From positions 1 to 64,000 of the forward strand of contig RDEW01000032.1 in NCBI GenBank assembly GCA_011109175.1: DNA of 64,000 nt, in the 5' to 3' direction. This document shows, one piece after another, positions 23,255-35,249 of this stretch (within the stretch, counting starts at the first letter, position 1; every line of letters begins with the position of its first letter). This stretch comes from Dicyema japonicum. Taxonomy: Eukaryota; Animalia; Dicyemida. The notes beneath the pieces are model-generated. The model was not told the DNA's origin and did not search any database. It saw only the letters and a list, made by a program, of their open reading frames with translations. Made by a program: the position numbers and the translations under genes.

Positions 23255-23440
23255 TTCTTTGGCTAATATAAAGTCTGATGACATCGGATCTGATAGTCGT
23301 GAGTTCGAATCCGAAAGATGGACTTTTCAACCAAAGTCGATTCTCGTCGACCGGATCCCATCTGTGATGTGATGAGTCTTTGCCACGACACAGTTGTTGA
23401 AACGGATATCCCTACTGAATGAGTTTCAGACTAAAAATGT
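23255..23440 (+). mobile_element. tRNA-derived SINE family 2
   Basis: B box gagttcgaatcc. The body aligns with the reverse complement of 57150-57340 and 49150-49250. Confidence 0.65.
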
Positions 23441-23442
23441 AG

Positions 23443-23500
23443 ATCAGGGTTTCTCAAACTTTTTATGTATCTCATATGCATGCGCTTATTGGGGACCCTC
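23443..23500 (+). mobile_element. hAT-like terminal sequence
   Basis: cagggtttctcaaacttttt resembles the CAGGGGTT(C/T)TCAAAC ends of hAT MITEs. No partner end found. Confidence 0.35.
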
Positions 23501-23559
23501 CATCGCATATACAAATAAAAGAAAAATTAAGAAATACAGAACAGGGCGTTCAGAATTAC

Positions 23560-23780
23560 AGAGCGATGGACTCGTGGGGAACATGGATCCGGACCGACTC
23601 CTCTGTAAGTCCTCATGCGGCTAGATTCCAGAATAACTCAAAGCACCTCTTCAAACAGTCGACTGATACGTACATCTGTGGGATCGAGAGAAGAACATCG
23701 GGCAAAGATGAGGACTTTATTCGAACACAACGGGATCAAGTGATAGTTAGTTTCGATTTTTGATTGTGGTCTTGGGGTGT
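23560..23780 (+). mobile_element. LINE 3' end remnant, same family as 5755-5990
   Basis: GLVGNMDPDRLLCKSSCG* followed by cgggatcaagtgatagttagttt..gtggtcttggggtgtt. Confidence 0.65.
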
Positions 23781-25325
23781 TTAAATAAATAAATTAATCA
23801 GTCAATTTATTTTAATTATTTTACTGAAAATTGATTCACATAAATATGTCGATCCAAGCACTGAACGTGTTTATAAGCATTTGTAAGTATATTTTTCTTT
23901 GGAAAGTAAATTTAAGTCAATTTATTAAGAAAAAGAGAGCAATGGACTGCGTGACTATTCCCTCTCAAGAAGGCGAGCGAGATTTGCTCAAATAGCCATT
24001 AAGTAAACTATAAAATTCAATCAAATTTTCAATCTTGAGAACTGAGGTAAATTCCACATCTGATTGAAGATCTATCAATTCCAATTGCTTAATATAGAAA
24101 AAGCCTTTAGTATTCTCATTTTATTTTGCAATCTCAGGCTACTAAGTCCTCTAGATGTGTGAATGACATAAACGTTTCATGGATAACTGAAAGAATAGAA
24201 GAGTTCATCTTAGTTAGGATCAGGGAGTCATTCATATTTAGCTGGCATTTTCATCGTCTCTTTTCGCGAAATGATAATTCTGGGAGGCTCTTAAATGGTT
24301 CTTGAAAAACCAGACTTGCTAAATTCAATGTCTCTTCGTGTAGCCTATTCGGATGTTTGATATCTGCAGCAACTGAGGTCTTCAGCGTAAGTGAAAAATA
24401 ACGTATGGATCTTCTAAAATGGAATTTGCTGCGCAATCTTGGGGATCATGAGAAAAATTTTCCAGTTGTGGCTTGAGGATAGGACATACAGATCTCAAGA
24501 GGATTAGGGTTTTTATGTCTCCATGGTTTGTCTAGGCTCACGAAAAAAAATATGGTATCGATCCATCACAAAGCGAATTGATGTACATCAACAACTTAAC
24601 CTTATGATCAAATAATCACTTGCTTAGCTTGTCACTTAATTTAACTAAATAGAAAAAATATTTTTTTATCAGGACTTAGATTCAATCACTCTTATATAAG
24701 AAAACTCTTGAGGGTATGATGACTGAATATAGGTAAATTAATCCAGGAAACTATGCTTTGACATTGAAATTACTTAATTAGGTGACAACTCATCCTTTTC
24801 TCGTGATATCTAGTAAATAAATTAAGTTTCTGTTGAAAAGTTTATCTCCACTTGCAACCAACTTGATAATTTTTTAGATGGAAAAAAATTCGAAAATAAA
24901 AATTGATTAAAAAAGTTTAAAAAAACAATATTTCCATTTGACTTAAGACCACTAACAAAAAAACGACGGGAGACATTTCTTTGTAGAAAAGATTCTTTTT
25001 GGAAGCCACTTGTGTAGATGGCTTATCTTCTTCCGATCCTGTGCTACATAAACTCACTCAAATTTATTATCGGAAAAATGGATAGTTCATTCTTGAACTG
25101 GTCGCAGTCGAAAAATAGAGGTCATTGGAAGGAAAACACTAAACATGCTTAACCGTATTGAACCAGTTATCGTAAGAGGAAAAAATAAGTAAGAGAGGAG
25201 CAGACTTAATGAGGGCATTAATCGCAGGGTAAATGCGTTTTCAAATCTGGGAGAGGCCACCCTTAACTGAAAGGCACTTTAAGCCAGTTATTAACTGTTT
25301 TCGTTTTAAAGAATATAGTTTAATT

Positions 25326-26817
25326 CTATTTCAAATAAAACGAAAAAAATTTGTCAATAACACCAATTTGAAGATTTTCGTATTTAGTATTTCTCAACAT
25401 TGATCTATTCGGGAGGATTTTATGAAACAGCATATTCTCATTATCAACCACCGCTATATTACAGCTTTCATCCCCAACTGCCTTTAACTGATAAGCCGTA
25501 AAATGGAACCGAATCCCATCACAACTAATGCACTGGACATTCACAGGCTCAGGAAGTACTCCAGAGACTCCCGCCTTTTTTTAAATAAAAAAGTGAACCC
25601 CATATTTTAACCTCGCAAAGTGAAGGCACATAGCGTGTGAATACATCAAAGAGTTTGCCGACCTTTGATCATGCCGAAGTGTGTCAGCTGAGCAATCAAC
25701 AAAGATTGTATGTGGCCATAAATCTCTATTTAGACACGTGGACTTGTTGCTTTCCTCTAAGGCTTTTAGGAGCAAACAACCTTCGTAGCATTTCTTAACA
25801 AGATCAATGGTGGGATTCATTGGGTAAACACTAGGAATTGATCCCTCCAAGTAACTCGAGCCTTTATGGTTTACTCCAAAGAAAACCGACGAGGGAATCA
25901 AAGTCCAACTTGAGAGGAGAATGAGAAAACGAGACCCAAGGAAAGTTTGCATTTAATCTCACCATTGGGGAATCTGAAAAGCTAACTTCAAAGAGAGACC
26001 TATTTTGGGAGAGACTTTGTATTCAATGGAAAGATCAAAGTTTTCTACAAGTTGAGGTTTTGCTGGACTTCCTGAAAGAATAGATAAACTCTGAGAAAGA
26101 CTCATCAGACTCTGCATAAGAATCTTACTGAAAACTATGAAAAATCCTTACAAAGAACGGGTGGCGGGTATTCCAGTCTCGCTTTTGAACTTCCAGACAG
26201 GCTGTTTCGGGTCGTGTCGTTTGGGAAGCTGAACATTCGTGGTATCAAAGAGATTTGATTTAAAAATGAGATATTTTATTTGGGTTTCCTATCATTAACG
26301 GAAATTTCATTACAAGCCGAAAAATTGAAGATAGTTCTTTACATTGGATAGATTTACGGCAGAGGAGAGTGTTAGTTAAATTTTGAGCCGCAGGTTCTCC
26401 TAGAAAATTAAATATTCAAAATTAATAAGCATTTATTTAAAAAAAATAAAAATTATTTAAGGAGAGCGAATAAACTCCAGAATAACAAAAATAAATTAAA
26501 ATACCTTCCATGAAAGTTACTGTGTTGTCAAAAATGTATGCATTTTTCATCAGCTTTAGAGGTGGCGTATCGTCTTTTACAGAAGCCATGTAATGCCTGG
26601 TGTATCTGTTATGACTGTGAGTCCATTCGGCGGATGGTGGTGGCTTTTTGTATTTTGCCTCAATATCTATGTAATCCCCTAAGACTTTTTAATTTTAAGT
26701 ACCAGGCTTTAGTGACTCTGGAATGACAATTTTTACTGGCATGTTTTTTAGCTTGTAGTCAAATATTCTACGCCAATCAACCCCAGTAAATAGTCTATCC
26801 ACAAAACGCCTATCCAT
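25326..26817 (-). CDS. MRPL37: Mitochondrial ribosomal protein L37, multi-exon
   Basis: Spliced segments KNAYIFDNTVTFMEG, PKRHDPKQPVWKFKSETGI, YPMNPTIDL, WPHTIF...QRSANSLMYSHAMCLHFARLKY and VNVQCISCDGIRFHFTAYQL...IDKFFSFYLK* are collinear with mL37. Introns are mostly 24-25 nt. Confidence 0.85.
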
Positions 26818-26879
26818 ATGAATAACAATTTATTATTTTTTGAATTCTTTTAATTTGTTTAATTTTATTTTTTATATAA

Positions 26880-27400
26880 ACCAACATCCATCCGAACCTG
26901 AAACTTTGGCTTGGAAACTTCCTAAATGGAAGACGAGCACAAGTACTCTGCAACAACATCAAATCAAGATCTCGCTATTTCCCAAATGGAGTCCCTCAAG
27001 GCTCCCAACTATCACCTCAACTCTTCAATCTCTACATAAACGACATGCCACAAACCTGTAATGAAAACTGTCTAATCCTTTCCTATGCTGACGATATCAT
27101 TCTTGCTTCCAAGAACAGAAGCATTCAATCAGCGACTCAGTTGGCTCAACAAATGCTCGACAACTTGGAACTATGGCTCTCGAAGCGGAGACTTGACACA
27201 TCAGCAGCAAAGTCCTTTGTCACACTGTTTACCACCTACAAGAGACAGCTCTGTATCGAACCAAAAGTCTTTATGAAGAACGAAGCTATCTCTATTAACA
27301 AAACACCGAAGATTCTGGGAGTAACCTTTGATCAGGGACTCACCTTTATCCGGTATGTTGAAAACAGAGTAACTTCTGCTCTGAAAAAATAAGAATTATA
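26880..27400 (+). mobile_element. APE-type LINE RT fragment
   Basis: GVPQGSQLSPQLFNLYIND, SYADDII and KILGVTFDQGLTF. Confidence 0.88.
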
Positions 27401-27779
27401 AAGTGCTCTCAAAAACACTTAGAGATCAAACTGTGGAAAATCTCAACTTCAGAAATGTGACCCAGTGCAATGACTTTCTTTAGGACTTATCGACGTTCCT
27501 CTGCGTGCGCAACTGTATCGCTTTTTCTGGTTTTTATAGAAACATAGAAAAACGCTCCCATGGTTCCTCTTGAATTCTTCTAAAAGGAAAGTGAAATTGG
27601 AGAGTTGTAAAATAGTGTGGGAAATAAACGTGTAGTTTTCAGTCTGAGTGAATTTATTTTAATAATAAAAATTATTTTAAAGCAAAATTTATAGTAATTG
27701 TTTAAACATAAAAACATAAAGTTATGTTATTTCATCATTATGACTTGCAGCCATTGAGCACTCAATGGGAATTACCTCA

Positions 27780-28260
27780 TAATCACGAGCCCAATGTTCT
27801 GGAAAAGCTATCACGTTATTCTAGGTTTACCATTCTGCTTCTCCAAATACGTCAGATTAACCTGATAGAATCAGGCTTGCTCGGGGCTAATAATCCCAGA
27901 CATCTCAACGGAGATCTGCTGGAATACCAGTCGGTCCACAATACCGTGCCACTTTCCCCTTTTCATATATTAAGCAATGCTCGCTGCAGAACCTCCCGTG
28001 AAACGGCAACTTAATTAAATTCCTATTAGAGAAGTGTTCCATGCACGTTGAATCCAAGCAAGACACCTTCGTCGACTCCATGACATTGTTGTAACGCCAT
28101 CCGCCTCTGTCAAGACGACGGGTTCCAGAAGGCAAGTAAACCCGGGGTCTTATATAGCTCTTATGACAATCGCGTTTAACATGGTGTGACGAGGGAATCT
28201 CCCAGAGCTCAGTCTGCATAACAGCGGGTGTAGTCCTGTCCAGGTTAATCATTTAGTTTA
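27780..28260 (-). mobile_element. LINE ORF2 C-terminal fragment
   Basis: LDRTTPAVMQTELWEIP resembles Jockey-type post-RT segments. The rest is decayed. Confidence 0.45.
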
Positions 28261-28392
28261 ATTAGTTAGTCGATTATGGATGAAGATACCGAAAACAAAT
28301 AATTATAAAATTAATTACAAAAATAAATTTAAATTAAAAAAATATCTTTTCCAATTTTGGTTCTCGTTGTTTAATTGAAAATTTTCAAAATA

Positions 28393-28811
28393 ATGTCAGA
28401 AATAGGTAAATTGGAAGAAAATGCGTTAAAAAGGAAAGAAAGACTAAAAGAGTAATAAATTGAAACTAAAATTAGTCTGAAATTCCGGAATTATCAGCCT
28501 AAAGACGAATCCCTTCAAGAATTAGTCCTTCCTAAACCAGTCCTTCCAGAGTGTATTAATCGAATTTATTTTAGTCATAAAGGTAGGACAGGAAGCTACG
28601 GATTTGAACAATGATTTGGATAAATTGGTAATTTGGATTTATTATTCAAGAATATTCAAGATTTGGGGCCAAAGTGCAAAGATAACGACCTCAAACGCGA
28701 TCTCGCTCCTCGTGTTGAATTGCTAGAAAAACAGACTCAAGAAGCTCTGGTGGAAATTCTAAGTATTTCTTTTACATATTTGTAGGAAATCAACTTAAGA
28801 CTGACTCATGA
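28393..28811 (+). CDS. CCDC12: CCDC12 / Cwf18 spliceosome-associated protein; 5 exons, clean frame
   Basis: MSEIGKLEENALKRKERLKD-LKFRNYQPKDESL...DLKRDLAPRVELLEKQTQEALVEILRNQLKTDS*. Introns 28452-28475, 28553-28574, 28628-28650 and 28763-28785 (24, 22, 23, 23 nt). Confidence 0.93.
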
Positions 28812-28849
28812 ACTTTGTTGTTTAATTCATTGTAGTATCTTTCTGATTT

Positions 28850-30100
28850 TTTGATTTCTAAAAAAGTTACTATCTTTGGCATTGTCTTCAATTACCTTGT
28901 TCACCACAAACCGAAAGCGATTCAACAATTCAAACGACTAAAGGGGATCAAACCTTCTTGGACATAAATACCTGCAGTTTTCTTAATTATGTCCCTTCTA
29001 GATGAGCCCCATGTATATCACTCATCATCCTACAAAATCTATAGCATGTACAAAACTCAGCCTGAGATCTATAATGGGCTGTTTAAAATTGACCTATTTT
29101 GATGCCTTGCGGTGAAAGACGAGGATAACCCGATCTCGCTATCGGGCTATCACTTCGAATTGCAGATCTTACAATATCTCCAACAATCATTGGACCTTGT
29201 GTACTTAACCTTTACAATACTCAAATCCACTTACTGCACGCAAATTTGTAAGATTCCTACTGACCTAAAGAACAAGCAAGAAAATATTCTCTCCTTCAAG
29301 AAACGAAACCTGAACTGAAAAAAGTCATGATTATGTATCCACCGTGGTTTACAAGCTCTCAGATCAAACAAAATACTGAGGCGAAAACCTTCTGAGATAA
29401 CAGCGTTAAAATTGTCGATTCCAAGGACCATCACACTGAGGCCTCCCGCCTACGGTGTGGCATTTTCCATCTCTGGGTGGAAGAGAATAAATGAAAAGTT
29501 TACTCTAAAAATCAAATGTTGCTTAAATTAACTAAAAATAATAATTCAGATGAAACCATTAGCACCGCTTAGGCAGTACAAAAATTTTATTGGAGTTAAG
29601 AACAGTTATACAGTCACTTCTCCAAAACGCCAAATTTGGGAATTCTAAATCCACTATCGTTGATTTTATCTCAAACTGTAATACTTGTTCTGGATTCAAT
29701 TTTATGACTACAGTTAAAGAAATTGGAATATTTGTTCTGGATTCAATTCCATGACTACAGTTCAAGAAATCTTCATTCAGATAACGGAAAAGAGTTTAAA
29801 TTTTAGAAGTTTCCCAACTTAACGAAGAATGGAAGATTAAGTCCATTTATGGAAGACCCAGATATCCTCAGTCTCAAGGTCAATATAACGTTTTAATCAA
29901 ACGTTGAAACGTTGGTTGGGAAAAACTCTCTTTGCGACTGAATCGCAGAAATGGGTGGATGTTTTGGCGAAGAAAGTATAAATATAATATTACTAAACAC
30001 CGAGATACGGGGAAATCTCCATTTGGATTGTTTATAGCTGTCCAGGCTTAATACTATTAATACCATCGTTGAAGGCAATGACTCAACTTAAATGATTCAT
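28850..30100 (-). CDS. Possible multi-exon beta-propeller/WD40-like gene
   Basis: Successive protein-like minus-strand segments (SILFDLRAC, NLRAVSGFEY) with candidate tiny introns. Family not recognised and boundaries are uncertain. Confidence 0.3.
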
Positions 30101-30477
30101 TTTCGTAAGATATTTATGATGAAGTTTCTGAACATAATTCTGATTACAAAATAACAGTACTCAAAAATGCCAATTTCAGTTTCAATAGAAAAAATTTAAA
30201 CATTGGAGATCATGTACGTATCGAAATAGATTTTGATAATAACCCAAATACAAAAAATTGCCATTAGATAGTTATTTTTTCGAGAGAAATTTATACTGTT
30301 ACATTCGGAAATTCTCTTCATACAGTAACTATTAAAGAATGTGAAACAGGTGCCGAGCAAATAATTTCCAAATCCTGTTTGAAAAAAGTTTCTGATTAAT
30401 GAAGTTTTAATAAAACTCGTTTAATTTTTTTGACTATTGCTTAATTTTGTTATAAAAAATTTTAAAGGCTTTCGAAA

Positions 30478-31150
30478 GTCCTGTGCAAATGTTACCACCG
30501 CCAGAGTCAAATAATTCACAAGATAAGCAAAAATGTTACATTTATTTGATAATTTTTATTATTTTAAAAAGAAAACATGCTTTTTAAATTTTAGTCAACC
30601 TAATCAATTTTTATTATTTTATTTCATCAATTAAAAAAGGATTTTTCCACTTTTTATTTTTTTAATGAAAATTTAGCGTGCATATGTTACCTCCACTAAA
30701 GGAATTAGATATATCTGAAGTCAAGTATTAATTATTTTAAATTCTTTAAATGTACAATAAAATTTAAAAAAACGTTAAATGCCACGTGTTTCAGTTGAAA
30801 ATCGTTATAAGATCATATTTTTTATTGAAAATGGGACTTCGATTTCTAAAGTTGCTAGTACTCTCGGAATAGGTAGAAGTACAGTTCGTGATTTCCATAA
30901 GCGCGATATTGAAGGATATGGCTGCACTGATAGACCTAAATTGTGCCGATAAAAATTTTGTGATTGTCCGTATCAGAAAGTCCCCATGTTCCGGCATTGT
31001 AGAGGAGAATAGACTTCATCAGTGAATTGTATAAACGTATCCGCGTTTGTGTAATGAATCTTTTACGCTTATGCCAATTTTCTGCGTAGTGCACTGTTTG
31101 CATGTGTTTTCCGCATAATTACGTCTCCAATAACGATCCGAGTTTCTTTA
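30478..31150 (+). mobile_element. Tc1/mariner transposon left end plus N-terminal HTH of the transposase, truncated
   Basis: From 30780, MPRVSVENRYKIIFL-(I)ENGTSISKVASTLGIGRSTVRDF (one frameshift) is a paired-like HTH. There is an upstream TIR-like gtcctgtgcaaatgttacc, with the inner repeat atgttacc at about 30683. Confidence 0.7.
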
Positions 31151-32564
31151 CTTTTCTCCAATGTTCATCCAGCTGGGATTTTTGTCTTTCTAGTTAAGTC
31201 AATTTTGTTTTCTCTACATTTATATTGAGGAACAACTCGGCAAGTTAATTTGGAATCACCTCTAATAGGCTTTTCAGAGCATTCATGTCAAGAGAAATGA
31301 AGTCCACGTAATCTGCATAAGCCACCACATCGATTTTTTGCTTCATAGTATGGTTTTGACTCCCTCAATGCAGCTTCCAGGTATATGAAAAATAGTATGG
31401 GAGATAACGGATCCCCTTGAGGTGTCCCAGATGTTGTTTCAAATGACTCAGAGCACTTGTCCCGTATCCTGACCGATAGGTATGTTTCTGATAAAAGTAC
31501 CCCGAACATCTGGGAAGAAGATTCGTCAAGGAATTCTGTGAAGACATCCATCAATTATTGACGATTGATTGAATCAAAAGCTCTTGACATATCAATTCCA
31601 AGAATGTTTGTCGTGTTTTTGAACTTTGAATAGTGGAACAACGTCATCTATGGCTCCACACAATGTCACAAGTCGGCCTTCCTTCTCGAAAGCTGCTGTA
31701 GAACTCGGATAAAAATTGATCCGTACGAGGCTTTATCCTTGAGAGTAATAATTGCAAGCACTTTCCGTATGCTGTTCATAAGAATTACTGGCCTGAGATT
31801 CTCCACTTATCCCTTAGCTTTGTTCGTTTTTGGACAGGGACCAGTATTGCTTGTCCAAAAGGTAAGTGGTTGTTAGTTTTAAACATTCAATTGAAGAGGT
31901 CAGCAATAAGGGTATGTATGTTTTCATTTCCATACTTTACTAGCTCTTGTTATAGCCCGTCTGATTCATGACTTTTGTTGTTTTTAAGCTTAAGACAGGC
32001 TTGTCGCATTTCTGCGGGAGATATTTCCACCTCCAATTTCTTGGAATGAACAGTAAATGCTGCAATTATGTTGCTGTCTGACTTAAACAATTTCTTGAAG
32101 TAACCGCAATTAATTCTGCAGCTTCTGCAGAGTCTGCTATCCATCGGCCATCTTCGTCGTTCATGATTAGAGGTTGTCTGCGTTTGCACCCACGGAATAA
32201 TCTGATCGCCTCATAGTACCTTCCATTGTCCTTCAGATCTTCAAGTGCCTTGATCTGTTCCTCGGTCTCGTTTCTTGACATAGTGGAAACGTTCTTTCAG
32301 ATTTTCTTCTTGGTATTTGTTCTTTCACAACTAAGCTCCTCTTTGATATGCTTGTATTCACTGTTTAAGTATTAAAGCCAATAGATTTTTGTTCCTTTAC
32401 AAAGAGTGATATCTCTGTGATGTGCTGACCATTTCTGTGTCTAGAAGATGTTTGTCCGCTGCCCCTCGTATTGATTCTTGCAGTTGCTTCCAGATATTGG
32501 GGATTTCTTGATTTTGTTTCCAGGCTGCTCAGCTTCATGTCGAAGCATCTATTGGTGGGTAATT

Positions 32565-33600
32565 TTTACTTGACCTAAAAATTTAAAATTTTGACGTTGG
32601 ATTTGACATAGATTTTATTAATAAGGTCTCAGATACATAGACAACAGATGTGCAGAAAATGTAATTATATATAAAAATTTTAACACATTTAATTTAAAAA
32701 TGCATCTGGGTACATCTGACTTTTTTTAATTTAAGAACTAAATAAATGATGGAGCGTGGCTGGATGCACTCCCGTCTTCCTCCCTGGGGACCCTATTGGA
32801 CGATGACTGTATTCGGATTGGAATCGCACAACGCCTGGGAGCTGATGTTTGCGTCGAACACCAATGTCGCTGTGGAGGGATCGTCGATGCCAAAGGGCTG
32901 CACCCGCTCTCGTGCAAAAGGAGTGCGGGCAGAGCACCCCGTCATGCTGCTATGAACAACATTGTCTTGCGAGCTCTTGAAGCGGCAGGCTTCCCGGCAG
33001 TATTGGAACCCGTGGGATTGGACGCGAGATGGGAAAAGACCGGATGGGTTAACTATCTTTCCGTTCACTGAGGGAAAATCGCTCGTATGGGACTGCACTG
33101 TTGTGGATTCTTTCTCGAACTCGATGATGCTCAGCTCGGCGCAGTCTGCTGGATCGGCAGCCGATCTGGCCGAAAAAATCAAGATTAAAAATATGGCGAA
33201 ATTGGAGACCGCTACCGTTTTGTACCGGGTAGCAATCGAGACGTCTGTGCGGCTGAAGTATTGCAGCCTCTTTCCTTAAGGAAATAGGGAAAATTGGCCC
33301 ACCGCAAGAAAGACGTGCGGGAAGCGGTCCGGCTGAGGCAAAGAATTGGTATCGCTGTTATTCGCGGAAACGCTTACTCCGTGATGTCAGCAGCCGCTCT
33401 CCCTCATACTTAATAAATAATATTTTATTGTTAATAAATTTTTGTTTAAAAAAAAAAAAAAAAAAAAAATAAATGATCTACTAGAATAGTATTCAGAAAT
33501 GAAAACAGATAATAGAAACAATCATACTCCAGCTGAAGAAAATGGCAATATTTAGTCTTGTATAACCTATCTTCATGTCCCAGGATTTCTGAGTCGCGTC
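32565..33600. repeat. AT-rich dispersed non-coding element with an internal inverted repeat; other copies near 42500, 46500, 48450 and 63545
   Basis: Conserved start gggtaatttt.acttg.cctaaaaatt.aaaa, internal cagatgt...acatctg, and downstream atggcaatatttagtc. Split here by the CRE-like insertion. Confidence 0.75.
32751..33469 (+). mobile_element. 5'-truncated CRE-like RLE LINE with poly(A) tail and target-site duplication
   Basis: CRCGGIVDAKGLHPLSCKRSAGRAPRHAAMNN and GKRPDGLTIFPFTEGKSLVWDCT. Poly(A) at about 33448-33469. aaataaatgat occurs at 32740-32750 and 33467-33477. Confidence 0.92.
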
Positions 33601-34199
33601 AAAATAATGTTCCTGCAACGTTCCTTATTCCTCTTCCATGTCTATCCATGAATGTTTCATCCGGGTCTTTTTGTATTTACACTTTTGCTTTAAGGTCGCC
33701 AGCGATGACAGTTGTCGACAAGTGTAAAAAGTTTAGAGTAAACTTCAGAGAGAAAGGAGTAGAACAAATCTATCTCAGTAGGGTCTTTTCAATCCATCCA
33801 CTGTGGGGTACGTACACGTTTATTATGGATCGTAAACTCCTAGATGGACGAAGTTTGTTCATACAAATCTGAAGTACGCAAATTCGGTCGTTTATGCTCC
33901 AATAGCAGTGAATCATTAGTCTCAGCTATTTCTTTATCACAAATCCTTGGCCAAAATGTCTGCTTTCCCTTCGAAATGATAAAATAATAGCCCAATAGTT
34001 CCTCTTCTAGCACATAGTGCGGTTTTGTTTCCTACAAGCATCCAACTGTAACTTTGTATTTTATCAGATCGTCGCATAGTGCTGTTCTCTTCCATGATTG
34101 TGTGAGCCCTCTGACATTAAATGTGAGTAGTGAGAAAGATGAATCCTCGAGTTTCCTGTACTTTTCAGACACATTGTAAAGAGCCACGTTACCAACTCA

Positions 34200-34280
34200 A
34201 CCAAAATAATCGATTTCAGCTATTCCGCCGATGTTTTAGCCAGTCCAAAAATCAGCTGATTCGAGAGGGTTTACTGTAGG
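34200..34280 (-). mobile_element. pogo/Tigger-like terminal sequence
   Basis: Reverse complement tacagtaaaccctctcgaatcagc matches the end at 54760-54789 (tacagtaaagtctctcgaatccgcc). Confidence 0.45.
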
Positions 34281-34319
34281 TATAAAAGTTGACCTAAAAA
34301 TGAAATGTTGATTTAATTT

Positions 34320-34700
34320 GAATTAATAAAAGTGAAGTTCTTGGTAAAGAAGTTATAGACACCATCATAGCTAAATGCCTTCCCATTTGGAAGGATCTTT
34401 ATTGTATCAGTGATTACCTCCTTCGTAAAATCAGAATATGATTTCTCTGATCCAGTCCCTCTTTTACTAATTAAGAAATTGCTCTCATTTGGTTCTACCT
34501 TATTCCATATGTTAGTCCAAAAAGGAAAACATTCCTGCTCATTGAAAATAAGGAACTAATTCTTATCATCTCCATTGATATTTCTATAAAATCGTCTTCT
34601 ATTTAATTCGAAGATAACATGTCTTTTCTAAATCCCTTTTTCGACCCATAAATTCTCAATTTTCTCAAAAATCTTGATTTTGTAGCCATCATATGAAGCA
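34320..34700 (-). mobile_element. R4-like LINE pre-RT fragment
   Basis: FWTNIWN...IKILPNGKAFSYDGVYNFFTK is typical of the segment just before the RT in RLE-type elements. Confidence 0.6.
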
Positions 34701-35249
34701 AGTCTTTGAATTCTCCCCGCTTCGATTTTTTAAATCAATATACATTTGGAAGTATTCCGTATTTTTACGTCAAAATGCTTATTCCGTTATTTTTTAAGTA
34801 TTTTTTTACACGATATTGGAGGAAGCAAGCACTTAAAATTCGTATCGGATTTCGATGTCGCGAATATTAAATAAAAGCGTTCGTAATCAAAGACAAAGCA
34901 CTATTTGGAAGTCATTTAAATCTGGATTTGAGACTCAACGAAAACATTGAAGTCTATTTCGTCTCGACAAACTCGACATACAAACTTGCACGAATATGGA
35001 ACTAACAAACTTAATCATTAAGGCAATCAAATATTGACTTAAAAAAATTGACTTTAAAAAATAGTTAAATTGTTGAACCTAAAAATTAAAAGAAGGTTTT
35101 TTTTTTCTTAAAACTCAAAATAAGATGAGATTTTATGGTTTCCGAAGTAACAGAATAAAAATAAAGAGGTATATTTGCAGATTAAATTGACTCGACATGA
35201 ACAATTAAAAAGCATTTAGTGATAGATCTTTTTAGAATAATTTTTTAAT

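Larger units (their letters stand above)
31250..34190 (-). mobile_element. RTE-clade LINE (APE 33590-34190, linker and RT 31250-32560), interrupted by nested insertions
   Basis: APE motifs LLTFNVRGL, CL*ETK, INVYVP and AGDLKAK. RT motifs LKNNKS, GTPQGDPLSPILF and YADYV. Confidence 0.85.

Noticed and set aside
23845-25250. Candidate + strand gene between the LINE tail and MRPL37
   Set aside because: Only short protein-like segments, with no consistent model or homology; left unannotated.
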